A stretch of DNA of 64,000 bases from an uncultured Gammaproteobacteria bacterium (GTDB lineage: Bacteria; Patescibacteriota; Patescibacteriia; JACPHY01): contig CAZPCZ010000001.1 of the NCBI GenBank assembly GCA_964585225.1, positions 6,018 to 70,017 of the forward strand. Direction: 5' to 3'. Position 1 is the stretch's first letter. Each line of letters begins with the position of its first letter. Made by a program: the position numbers and the translations under genes. Positions 56,377-64,000 of this stretch are shown here, piece by piece. A model generated the notes under the pieces. It saw only the letters and a program-made list of their open reading frames with translations. It made no database searches and was not told the origin of the DNA.

Positions 56377-57126
56377 TCAGAGCACGGCAACGTGCGGCGC
56401 TCGGTGCTCCTGCTCCGCAAGTGTCTCCGTGTGCTGCGCGAATCGCTCGATGCATACCGCTTTCAGCACCACGGGCATAGCCGAGTAGTACCGTCCGCGC
56501 GTCCGCTGCGGACGGTCAAGGAATCTCCCGTCGCGCGCGCGTCGGTCGAGCGCTGCGAGCGTGAGCGCGGCGCAGGTCTCCGCGTTCGCGGCGCGGAGCT
56601 CGTGGAGCGGCATCCCGCGCCGGAGCGGTACCGCTGCCTGCACAATGATCGTCCCGTCATCGAAACGTTCGTTCACGCGGTGGAGCGTCGCGATGAGCGC
56701 GATGAAGTCGCGGTGGTAGATCGCCCAGAGGTGCGTGTCGAGCCCGCGGTACTGCTCCGGATCGCCGCCGTGGAGGTTCACGAACCCCGTCGGGCAGCGC
56801 GCAATGGTCGGAGCGGCAATCTTCCCGGTCCCGAAGCTCACGACGACGTCCGGGCGCACGGCGTCGAGCACCGCGAGCGCCTCCGCGTCGTTCACGGACT
56901 CTACGGATGTCGTCGGAGCGAACTCCGCAACGGAGGGCTCCGCGCCGCCGAACCACCGGGCGCACTCGTGCGCATCCCGCGCACCTTCGTACGGGTGGTG
57001 GGTGGGGAACGGGAACGTCGCGCGTCGCCGTTCGGAGAGGACGCGGGCGCCCGGGTACGCTCGCGCGATCTCCCGAACGAAGTACGCGTGGTGCGGCGTC
57101 TCGGTGGTGAGGATGACGACGGTCAT
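56377..57126 (-). CDS. Formyltransferase N-terminal-domain protein (Fmt_N-like)
   Basis: ...VSFGTGKI...GFVNLHGGDPEQYRGLD...TIIVQ resembles the formyl_trans_N core. No C-terminal Fmt domain. Start MTVVILT has an ATGA overlap. Confidence 0.6.
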   Translation of the reverse strand: MTVVILTTETPHHAYFVREIARAYPGARVLSERRRATFPFPTHHPYEGARDAHECARWFGGAEPSVAEFAPTTSVESVNDAEALAVLDAVRPDVVVSFGTGKIAAPTIARCPTGFVNLHGGDPEQYRGLDTHLWAIYHRDFIALIATLHRVNERFDDGTIIVQAAVPLRRGMPLHELRAANAETCAALTLAALDRRARDGRFLDRPQRTRGRYYSAMPVVLKAVCIERFAQHTETLAEQEHRAPHVAVL

Positions 57127-58157
57127 GCGCGTTGCACAACGGCCTCCGCAACCCACGCCCGCTCGATGATGACCCCTTTCGGGACGGGCTCCCGGAGCAC
57201 CTTCCCGATGACCTCGTGCTCATATCCGGGCGGGATGCCGCTGGCCGGGCGCACCCACGTGAGGTGCTCGCGGGCGAGGACGGTCCCTGCCGGGAGGTCC
57301 TGCGCCGCGGCGATGGAGCGTCGGAATGCAACGCGGCCCTGCTCCTCGCATGGTTGCGGCTGCTTCACGCCGCTCCCGAGCATCGACTCCGTGGTACGGA
57401 CGCGCGTGATGAGTTGCCGGAGCTCGTCCAGCGTTGCCGAGAGCTGGTGGTCACGGAAGTCCGAATGGTCGTGGGCGATGGTGAAGTGCTTCTCGATGAT
57501 CCGAGCGCCGAGCGCAATCGCGGCGACCGCCGCGTCGTCCCCCATCGTGTGATCCGAGTACCCGATCGTGCAGTCCGGGAACCGCTCGCGAAGCGCGGTG
57601 ATCGCGCGGAGGTTCGCCTGCTCCGGTGGGACTGGGTACGCGGCAACGCAGTGGAGGAGCGAGAGATCCGCTGTCGTACCGACCGCGCGCTGCGCAGTGC
57701 GGACGCGCGCGACCGCTGCCGCAACTTCGTCGAGGGTCGCAGTGCCGGTCGAGAGGATCACGGGCTTGCCGGTCGCCGCGACGGCATCGAGGAGCGGATA
57801 GAACGTGATGTCACCGGAGGCAGTCTTGAACACCGGCACGATGGGTTCGAGGAACGATACGCTCCCAAGGTCGAACGGTGTGGAAAAAAATACAATCCCA
57901 ACATCCCGAGCCACCGCGGCGAGGTGTCGCACCGCATCGTGCGCGAGTGTAAACTTCCGGAGCCGCGCAAGGCGCTCCGCATCGCGGCTACTCGCGTAGT
58001 GGTCGGGATTGAAGGTCTGGAGCTTCACCGCATCCGCGCCCGCATCAGCCGCGAGGTGAACGAGCTCCTCCGCGAGTGCGGAATCGCCCTCGTGGTTGTT
58101 CCCGACCTCTGCGACGACGACCACGCGCGTGTTCGTATCGAGCGAACCTATACGCAT
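57123..58157 (-). CDS. neuB: Nonulosonic acid synthase (NeuB family: sialic/legionaminic/pseudaminic acid synthase)
   Basis: VVVAEVGNNHEGD N-terminal signature, TIM-barrel region, C-terminal SAF-like domain (...GKVLREPVPKGVII...). Alternative GTG start at 58175. Confidence 0.85.
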   Translation of the reverse strand: MRIGSLDTNTRVVVVAEVGNNHEGDSALAEELVHLAADAGADAVKLQTFNPDHYASSRDAERLARLRKFTLAHDAVRHLAAVARDVGIVFFSTPFDLGSVSFLEPIVPVFKTASGDITFYPLLDAVAATGKPVILSTGTATLDEVAAAVARVRTAQRAVGTTADLSLLHCVAAYPVPPEQANLRAITALRERFPDCTIGYSDHTMGDDAAVAAIALGARIIEKHFTIAHDHSDFRDHQLSATLDELRQLITRVRTTESMLGSGVKQPQPCEEQGRVAFRRSIAAAQDLPAGTVLAREHLTWVRPASGIPPGYEHEVIGKVLREPVPKGVIIERAWVAEAVVQRA

Positions 58158-58236
58158 AGAGAGCGCGAGAGCCACCGCAGCACGCCGTGCGTGGGATGTA
58201 CACGTGATGGTCGTGCTGACCGGTGGCCCAAGAATA

Positions 58237-59187
58237 CTACATCGATGGTCCCAACGAAGACCCTCCGTCTACCATGACGGGGATGCGACGGAGGTGGAAG
58301 GGATCGGCCTCATGCGTGTTCACGCCGTCGATCGCCGTCGGGCAGCAGACGATGCTGTGCGTCTTGAGACGTGCAATAACCGCGTCGTCGTAGTGGTGCG
58401 CGAGCCCCTCCGGGTACGCGTAGTGTCGCGCCACGACGCCTGCGCACTCGCGGAGCAGCCGCACGCTCATTGCGATCTCCCGCTCACGATCCGCTGGCGT
58501 ACAGAACGAGAGCATCGCATGCGAGTGGGTATGGCCACCGACGATGAACCCGTCCTGCGCCGCCAACGCGCGCACCTGCGCCCACGAGAGCTTTCGATCC
58601 AACGCATCGTCCCAGGTCATCGCCTCATCCACGCCGCACTGCTGGAACGTACACGCAACGAGCGCAGCGCGATCGATGGAAGGATCAACCTTCGCCCGCA
58701 CGCGGATCGCGTCGAGCAGTGCGATGCGTTCTCCGACCGACGAGAACACGCGGTCACGCTCCTCCCACGGGAGGCGTACTGCCCCTGGCGCAGCGTACTC
58801 GAGACACGCCTCGATGCGATCCACCCACGAACGCTCGTCGCTGCCGACCCAGCCGGTCGTCACGTAGAATGTTGCCGGCAACCGGAAATCGACAAGGATG
58901 GGAGCGGCAACGGATGCGTTGTTCTCGAACCCATCGTCGAACGTCAACGCGAACGATCGAGGTGGAAATGCAACGTGCTGCGCGCAGTGCGTGAGAACGT
59001 CATCCATCGTGAGCGGTGTCCCGCGCTCCCGCAGCATCCGGAGGAGCGCAATGAATTCCGCGCGCGCGATGTGCTTCCGGTTGTAGTTACGTACTGGGTG
59101 TGTGTGCCGTTCCACGACCCCATGGAAGAGGTAGATCGCGCATGCACGATCGTCGAGCCGATTCGCAAAGAACAGAGGTTCAATCAT
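58237..59187 (-). CDS. Polysaccharide deacetylase (CE4 / NodB homology domain)
   Basis: ...FALTFDDGFENN... (TFDDG motif) ... HTHSH. Start MIEPLFF with GGGAGG 6 nt upstream. ORF-track N-terminal 115 aa rejected. Confidence 0.75.
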   Translation of the reverse strand: MIEPLFFANRLDDRACAIYLFHGVVERHTHPVRNYNRKHIARAEFIALLRMLRERGTPLTMDDVLTHCAQHVAFPPRSFALTFDDGFENNASVAAPILVDFRLPATFYVTTGWVGSDERSWVDRIEACLEYAAPGAVRLPWEERDRVFSSVGERIALLDAIRVRAKVDPSIDRAALVACTFQQCGVDEAMTWDDALDRKLSWAQVRALAAQDGFIVGGHTHSHAMLSFCTPADREREIAMSVRLLRECAGVVARHYAYPEGLAHHYDDAVIARLKTHSIVCCPTAIDGVNTHEADPFHLRRIPVMVDGGSSLGPSM

Positions 59188-59231
59188 AAGCATCCTCCCA
59201 CGTTCGCAGCGTACCAGCGATACCTGCGCGG

Positions 59232-59693
59232 TCAACCCGGTACCGCCACCGGTTGCGGTTGCATTGCGAACGCCGACCGGAGTGCCGTGATGTGCGCCGC
59301 GCACTGCTCGGGCGTGAGCTCGTGTACCGCATCGAGGACCGGCGCGCGCGGCCAGCCAGGATCGGTGAACATCATCCCGTAGAACTCTTTCGGTCCGGCG
59401 TACCGCGGCAGGATTGCCGCATGCGCCTCGGGCGTCGCCATCATGAGGAACAGGAGGTTCAGGCGGTCGGGCGCAAACACGCGCGAGAGCGCCGCCTCCG
59501 TGTTCCGCATCACCATGGCAAACTCTGTCCACGCCTCCGGCATGATTCCGCCGAGCGTCATCGCCTCCCCGCGATACACCACGAGGAGCGCACCAAGCGT
59601 GAGCGGACGACGCTGCGCGAGCACGAGCCAGTGGCCGTACTCCGCGACGAGCGTATCGGGATGCCCAAAACTGATGAGGGCTTCAGCGCGCAT
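59232..59693 (-). CDS. HIT-like fold protein with degenerate histidine triad
   Basis: GHWLVLAQRRP...NLLFLMMATPEAHAAILPRY aligns with the HIT fold pattern (GH.LViPK ... N.G..AGQ.V.H.H.HiiPR). Only one His of the triad is retained. Confidence 0.4.
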   Translation of the reverse strand: MRAEALISFGHPDTLVAEYGHWLVLAQRRPLTLGALLVVYRGEAMTLGGIMPEAWTEFAMVMRNTEAALSRVFAPDRLNLLFLMMATPEAHAAILPRYAGPKEFYGMMFTDPGWPRAPVLDAVHELTPEQCAAHITALRSAFAMQPQPVAVPG

Positions 59694-60681
59694 GTGATGC
59701 GTTTCGATGGAACACGCCGGTCGCGTGGAGTGGCACGGGGGCGTTTGCACTCACGATCGCCTGAACCGCCTCACGAACCGTCGCCAACCGATCGTAACGC
59801 TGCGCCGTAGCGCCGAGAGGTGTCCCATCATCTGTCAGTATCGCGTGTGTAATCCAGAGACACCGATCCACGGCGCAGACGAGCAGACCGCGCTCTGTGA
59901 TCCGGTAGATCCGTCCCGGCTCTCCGTAGTACGGCGTCTCCGACAGCGCCGATCGGAGGAGCTTCACCCTCCGTCCCTTCCAGTACGTGAACGCGCCGGG
60001 GTAGGGATCGGTGAGCGCACGGATGCGATTGTGGACCTCTTGCGCCGTGAGCTGATCCCAGAGGATGAGTCCGTCGTCCGGAAACCGGATCGGGAAGTAC
60101 GCTGCCCGCGCGGGGTCCTGCGCGCGGAACGTCGCCGCACCGCGCGCGATCGCCTCCACCGCCGCGAGGAGCATGGAGGGGAATTCGCGCTCCGCAACCG
60201 CGTGGAGGTCGCCAATCGTATCGTCGGGGCCAATGGTGAACGTCCGATCGAGGATGACATCGCCGGTATCCACGCCGCTCGCCACCCGGATGATGGAGAG
60301 CGTGAAGGAGGGCTCTCCGCGGATGAGCGCCCAGTTCATCGGCGAAGAGCCGCGGCACTCCGGGAGCTTTCCCCCGTGGAGGTTCACGGTCATCACGGAC
60401 GGGATTACGATCGTGTGCTGCTGGAGAATCCTCCCGTAGCCGCCCAAAACGAAGAGGTCCGCTCGTTGCGCCTGGAGCGCGAGCATCGCATCGTCAGCGT
60501 TGGGATCGTCCGGCCCGAGGACGGGGATACCGCGGCGTTCGGCCGCATCGCGCACTGACGTCGGCGCGTCTCCGCGGTCTTCCGGGTGCACCACGACGCA
60601 CACGATGTCGTGTGTGGTCCCGCAGAGCGCGTCAAGGCACGCGACACCACGCGCGCCCTTCCCCCAGAAGACGATCCGCAT
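59683..60681 (-). CDS. Formyltransferase (Fmt-like, N + C domains), candidate sugar N-formyltransferase
   Basis: MRIVFWGKG...VNLHGGKLPECRGSSPMNWALIRGE plus a C-terminal domain. Confidence 0.75.
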   Translation of the reverse strand: MRIVFWGKGARGVACLDALCGTTHDIVCVVVHPEDRGDAPTSVRDAAERRGIPVLGPDDPNADDAMLALQAQRADLFVLGGYGRILQQHTIVIPSVMTVNLHGGKLPECRGSSPMNWALIRGEPSFTLSIIRVASGVDTGDVILDRTFTIGPDDTIGDLHAVAEREFPSMLLAAVEAIARGAATFRAQDPARAAYFPIRFPDDGLILWDQLTAQEVHNRIRALTDPYPGAFTYWKGRRVKLLRSALSETPYYGEPGRIYRITERGLLVCAVDRCLWITHAILTDDGTPLGATAQRYDRLATVREAVQAIVSANAPVPLHATGVFHRNASHAR

Positions 60682-60702
60682 ACGTGCCGCAGTATTCCCT
60701 CC

Positions 60703-61755
60703 CTACGCCGCCACCCGCACCGGCACCGCTGCGGGGAGCGTCATGGCTCCAGCCGCCGCGAGCGACCGGTACCAATCAATGTACCGCGCGAACCCGCGCT
60801 CGAGCGGGTACTGCGGATCATACCCGATCATCCGCCGCGCCTTCGAGACGTCGAGCGTGCCGCGGTCGGGCGTGAAGGCCTCCTTCGGCTCGTAGCGGAC
60901 GGTGGTGGTCGGGAAGTGCTCGCGTACGATGGCGGCCATCTCCGCAATGGAACGCCCGGCACCGTACGTGAGGTTGAACGTCTCGTTCTTCGCCTCCGGT
61001 CTCGTGAGCACGCACTCGATGCCGTGGATGAGGTCGTGGACGCACGTGAAATCGAGCCGATCGAAACCGTCCCCGTTCACGGTGATGTCCTTCCCCTGCA
61101 TCGCCTGCTCGATGAAGATCTGCCCGACGCGCCGCGAGACGCACCGCTCGCCGTAGAGCGCGGACGGTCGAACGATCGTGTACGGGAGACCGAATACCTG
61201 GTGGTAGGACTTCACGATGAGCTCGCCAGCGAGCTTCAGCGCGCCGTAGATGCCGAGCGGGTTGCACGGCGTCTCCTCGGTTGCGCGACCATCCGGAAAG
61301 TTCCCGTACACCATGGACGACGAGAAGTACACGAAGTGCTCGACGTTACCCCGCGAGTAGTCGAGCACGTTCTCGAGCGTCCGGAGCGAATGATCGAAGG
61401 TGCTGTGCGGATCCTTGTTCGATCGGTTCGCGTGCGCGACCGCGGCGAGCTGCACGATAGTGTCGGGCTGAAATCGCTTCAGGATGAGCGTGAGCGCGTG
61501 GTAGTCCCGCGCATCCTGCACGTTGAGCGGGATGCCCGCGCACTGGAGCAGCTCGAGTCGCTCGTGGAGCATCCTCGCGTAGATCGTTCGATTGCTCGTG
61601 CCGTTCTCCCCAATGAACGAGAGGAGGTTATTCACCTGGAGAGAGTCAATCACTTCCACCGCCGCCCCTTCCACAGCGAGTGCGAGCGCGAGATTATGCC
61701 CGATGAATCCCGCACCGCCGATGAGCGCAATGCGCCGTCCGTTCAACAAGGCCAT
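60703..61755 (-). CDS. NAD-dependent epimerase/dehydratase (SDR, UDP-sugar 4-epimerase-like)
   Basis: Start MALLNGRRIALIGGAGFIGHNL. YGALK catalytic YxxxK. Confidence 0.8.
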   Translation of the reverse strand: MALLNGRRIALIGGAGFIGHNLALALAVEGAAVEVIDSLQVNNLLSFIGENGTSNRTIYARMLHERLELLQCAGIPLNVQDARDYHALTLILKRFQPDTIVQLAAVAHANRSNKDPHSTFDHSLRTLENVLDYSRGNVEHFVYFSSSMVYGNFPDGRATEETPCNPLGIYGALKLAGELIVKSYHQVFGLPYTIVRPSALYGERCVSRRVGQIFIEQAMQGKDITVNGDGFDRLDFTCVHDLIHGIECVLTRPEAKNETFNLTYGAGRSIAEMAAIVREHFPTTTVRYEPKEAFTPDRGTLDVSKARRMIGYDPQYPLERGFARYIDWYRSLAAAGAMTLPAAVPVRVAA

Positions 61756-61820
61756 ACTTCCGAATTTATCCTGAGCGAGCAGAGCGAGCTGAAGGATCTC
61801 GTGGCTCGGGGACCGGATGC

Positions 61821-63026
61821 TCATCGTACCGAGGTCACGAGTGGGTGAGATGCTTCGCTTCGCTCAGCATGAACTCCTTGAATCACCGCTGCGAGCTGCG
61901 ACGCAATGTACCACATGTCGTCTTCCGTGAGGTGTGGACCGACCGGCAGCGCGATGCCGTGGTTGCTGATGCGCGCTGCGTTCGGGAATGCGGTCTCGGC
62001 GTACCCGTACTTCTCGCGGAAGTACGCGAGGTGCGGCACCGGGTGCGGGTAGTAGATGCTCGTACCCACACCGCGCTCCTTGAGCACCGCGACGACCTCG
62101 AACCGACGGGGCGCGGTGGCGTCGTCGAGGATGGCGAGACCGCAGTACCGGCTGCTCACGAACGAACCGCCGCTCGTCGCGAGGAGCGACACGCCCGGAA
62201 TTCGCGCGAGCGCGGCGCGCAGCGCGTCGTCGTTCCGCTGGCGCGCGGCGAGAAACCCGGGGACGCGCGTGAGCTGTACCGTGCCAATCGCGGCCTCCAA
62301 TTCATTCATCCGATAGTTGTACCCGAGCATCGTCACGTCGTACACGCCCGGGATGGCGCGCTCCGTCACGGTCTTGTCGAGACCGAACGCGCGCTGCCGG
62401 CGGATGCGCGCCGCGAGCGCGTCGTCGTTCGTCGTCACCATGCCCCCCTCAGCCGTCGTCATATGCTTCACGGGGTAGAACGAGAAGCACCCGACGTCGC
62501 CGAGCGTCCCGGCGTGGCGTCCGCGGAAGCGCGTGCCGATCGCGAGCGCGCAGTCCTCGACGACGAACAGCCCGTGGCGGTCCGCGATCGCACGCACGCG
62601 GTCCATGTCTACTGGCATGCCGAGGTAGTGGACGATCGAGAGCGCGCGCGTGCGCGGCGTGATGGCAGACTCCACCGCGTCGAGGTCGAGATTCCCGGTG
62701 CGCGACTCCGCATCCACGAACACCGGCGTCGCGCCGACGTACTCCACTGCAAACGCCGTCGCGACGTGCGTTTGTGCCGGGACGATCACCTCATCACCTA
62801 CACCAATGCCCGCCGCGAGGTACGCGAGGTGGAGGGCGGTCGTGCATGAACTCACGGCAATGGCGTGCCGCGCTCCCGTGAACTCCGCGAAGTGGTGTTC
62901 GAACTCCTCGATGCGCGGCCCGTGCACGAACGTCGTCCCTGCGAGCACCGCGGCGACGGCCACGCGCTCTTCATCGCCGATCATGGGTTTCCCAAATGGG
63001 ATCACGCGTGGAACAACTGCGGCCAT
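61821..63026 (-). CDS. DegT/DnrJ/EryC1/StrS-family PLP-dependent sugar aminotransferase
   Basis: Start MAAVVPRVIPFGKP. ...AIAVSSCTTALHLA..., FSFYPVKHMT (PLP-Lys). Confidence 0.85.
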   Translation of the reverse strand: MAAVVPRVIPFGKPMIGDEERVAVAAVLAGTTFVHGPRIEEFEHHFAEFTGARHAIAVSSCTTALHLAYLAAGIGVGDEVIVPAQTHVATAFAVEYVGATPVFVDAESRTGNLDLDAVESAITPRTRALSIVHYLGMPVDMDRVRAIADRHGLFVVEDCALAIGTRFRGRHAGTLGDVGCFSFYPVKHMTTAEGGMVTTNDDALAARIRRQRAFGLDKTVTERAIPGVYDVTMLGYNYRMNELEAAIGTVQLTRVPGFLAARQRNDDALRAALARIPGVSLLATSGGSFVSSRYCGLAILDDATAPRRFEVVAVLKERGVGTSIYYPHPVPHLAYFREKYGYAETAFPNAARISNHGIALPVGPHLTEDDMWYIASQLAAVIQGVHAERSEASHPLVTSVR

Positions 63027-63067
63027 AAGGTGAAGAGCGCGCCCCCGGCGCGCTCTCAACGGGTCCT

Positions 63068-64000
63068 CTATCGTACCGTAGCGACCGGCGTGTGGGAAAC
63101 CAACCCCATCTCTTGTTCTATCGCTAGGACATCCACAGGTTCTCCACTGTCTGCGGATCGCTCAATGGCGAAGCAGACGGCCATGGTCCGAAGTGCATCG
63201 TCCTCGGTGATGACCGGATCTCGCTGATCGAGCAACGCACTGATGAACTCCGTCAGGAGGTCGTACTTCGCGCACCCGGGGTACGGCTGCTCGACCGGCA
63301 CCGGCGGCACGGCGGGATCCCGCGACGTGTACCAGCGCCCGTGGGGGACGTCGTTCACGAACGTCGCCTGCGTACCGTAGAGCGCGACCGGGTGGAAGTG
63401 CGGCGATACGCACCCGAAATTCACGCTAACGGTCCCCACGATGCCACTGCGGAACTCGAAGGTCGCCGTGATGTAGTCGCGGAAGCGATACCGCGTGCCG
63501 CGCGAGGCAACCCGATTCCCGACCGCAAACACACGGAACACCTCGTCGCCCGTCAACCACCGCAGGAGGTCCACCACGTGGACACCGCCGCCGTACACCG
63601 CGGAGTAGAACGCCTGGCGTCCGCGCCACCCCTCCGTGAGCTTGTGGAGGCGTCCGTAGTTGTAGCCCGCCTCCACCGCGAAGATGTCTCCAAACGCGCC
63701 GGTGTCGCACTGCGCCTTCACCCACCGGAACCGCTGTGAGGTGCGGAGGATGGTGTTCGTGGTGAGTCGCAGTCCCGGGTGCGCGGCGAGCGCAGCACGG
63801 ATTCCGCGCGCCTCGTCCGGCGAGTAGCAGATCGGCTTCTCTGCGAAAACATGCTTCCCGTGTCCGAGCGCGGTCAGGATCTGCGCACCGTGCTGATCGT
63901 CATACGTCGCGATGACGACGCAGTCCACGTTCGGATCCGTGAGCACTGCATCGGCGTCGTTGCTCTGACGTACGCCCGGAAACCGTGCGCCGACCTCCGC
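63068..64000 (-). CDS. Gfo/Idh/MocA-family oxidoreductase, 5'-truncated by window edge
   Basis: ...VLTDPNVDCVVIATYDDQH...FAEKP... The reading frame continues open to the end of the window. The ORF-track start at 63946 is a GTG inside the gene. Confidence 0.75.
   Translation of the reverse strand, partial: AEVGARFPGVRQSNDADAVLTDPNVDCVVIATYDDQHGAQILTALGHGKHVFAEKPICYSPDEARGIRAALAAHPGLRLTTNTILRTSQRFRWVKAQCDTGAFGDIFAVEAGYNYGRLHKLTEGWRGRQAFYSAVYGGGVHVVDLLRWLTGDEVFRVFAVGNRVASRGTRYRFRDYITATFEFRSGIVGTVSVNFGCVSPHFHPVALYGTQATFVNDVPHGRWYTSRDPAVPPVPVEQPYPGCAKYDLLTEFISALLDQRDPVITEDDALRTMAVCFAIERSADSGEPVDVLAIEQEMGLVSHTPVATVR

Noticed and set aside
52796-57552. Plus ORFs 52796..53893, 53878..54576, 55154..55702 and 56326..57552, and minus ORFs 55485..56021 and 56657..57331
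   Set aside because: Shadow ORFs over the Gfo/Idh/MocA, cytidylyltransferase, AsnB, Fmt_N and NeuB genes.
60586-62849. Plus ORFs 60586..61848 and 61845..62849
   Set aside because: Antisense to the SDR and DegT genes. E/R/D/H-rich low complexity.
1-64000. Search for rRNA, tRNA, transposase/IS, integrase, phage or toxin-antitoxin genes
   Set aside because: No ORF showed transposase, integrase or phage motifs. Intergenic spacers are too short for structured RNA genes, apart from the palindromic elements. None are called.

Overview
This 64 kb, high-GC (about 65-68%) bacterial window is almost entirely one glycan / polysaccharide biosynthesis super-locus. Genes 10652 to 63999 run on the minus strand as a single co-directional array of about 47 genes with many 4-nt ATGA start/stop overlaps. 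A second minus-strand block spans 1-8772. One plus-strand gene, an LhgO-like FAD oxidoreductase, and a canonical HIT hydrolase sit between the two blocks.

Recognisable content:
- **Initiating and priming enzymes:** a WecA/WbpL-type phosphoglycosyltransferase and a CapD/PglF-like membrane 4,6-dehydratase.
- **GDP-fucose pathway:** GDP-mannose 4,6-dehydratase (gmd) and GDP-fucose synthase (fcl), with a frameshifted FdtA-like cupin between them.
- **Nonulosonic-acid module:** a NeuB-family synthase, a CMP-sugar cytidylyltransferase, two DegT aminotransferases, two Gfo/Idh/MocA oxidoreductases, GNAT and FemAB-like acyltransferases, three Fmt-like formyltransferases and three AsnB-family amidotransferases.
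- **Nucleotide-sugar tailoring:** UDP-GlcNAc 2-epimerase, an RmlD-like reductase and several SDR epimerase/dehydratases.
- **Methylation:** three FkbM and two SAM methyltransferases plus a TylC3-like sugar C-methyltransferase.
- **Glycosyltransferases:** about ten domains (GT4, GT2, CgeB-like, KpsC/KpsS-like), including two paralogous GT2 (DPM1-like) + GT-C (ArnT-like) pairs.
- **Assembly and export:** two Wzy/O-antigen-ligase-like proteins and a DUF2079-like membrane protein, and an MsbA/PglK-type ABC flippase.
- **Deacetylases:** a PIG-L and a CE4 deacetylase.

Non-genic structure:
- A family of about 45 bp GC-rich palindromic elements (arms CTCCCCCTCCC / GGGAGGGGGAG) occurs in four copies. 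Two of them are inserted in-frame inside coding sequences, in the manner of Rickettsia palindromic elements.
- A heptanucleotide repeat (CTGACAC x4.7) sits inside a GT4 gene and is a candidate phase-variation site.
- A 24-nt tandem duplication encodes a polyproline segment in a ligase-like protein.
- A 38-nt leader motif is conserved upstream of two unrelated start codons.
- There are several intrinsic-terminator hairpins.

No rRNA, tRNA, CRISPR, transposase or phage genes were seen.

Caveat on confidence: product assignments are made by eye from motifs, with no database search. Starts were chosen from coupling and RBS context and carry +/- one-codon-choice uncertainty. Coordinates of non-coding features may be off by a few bases.
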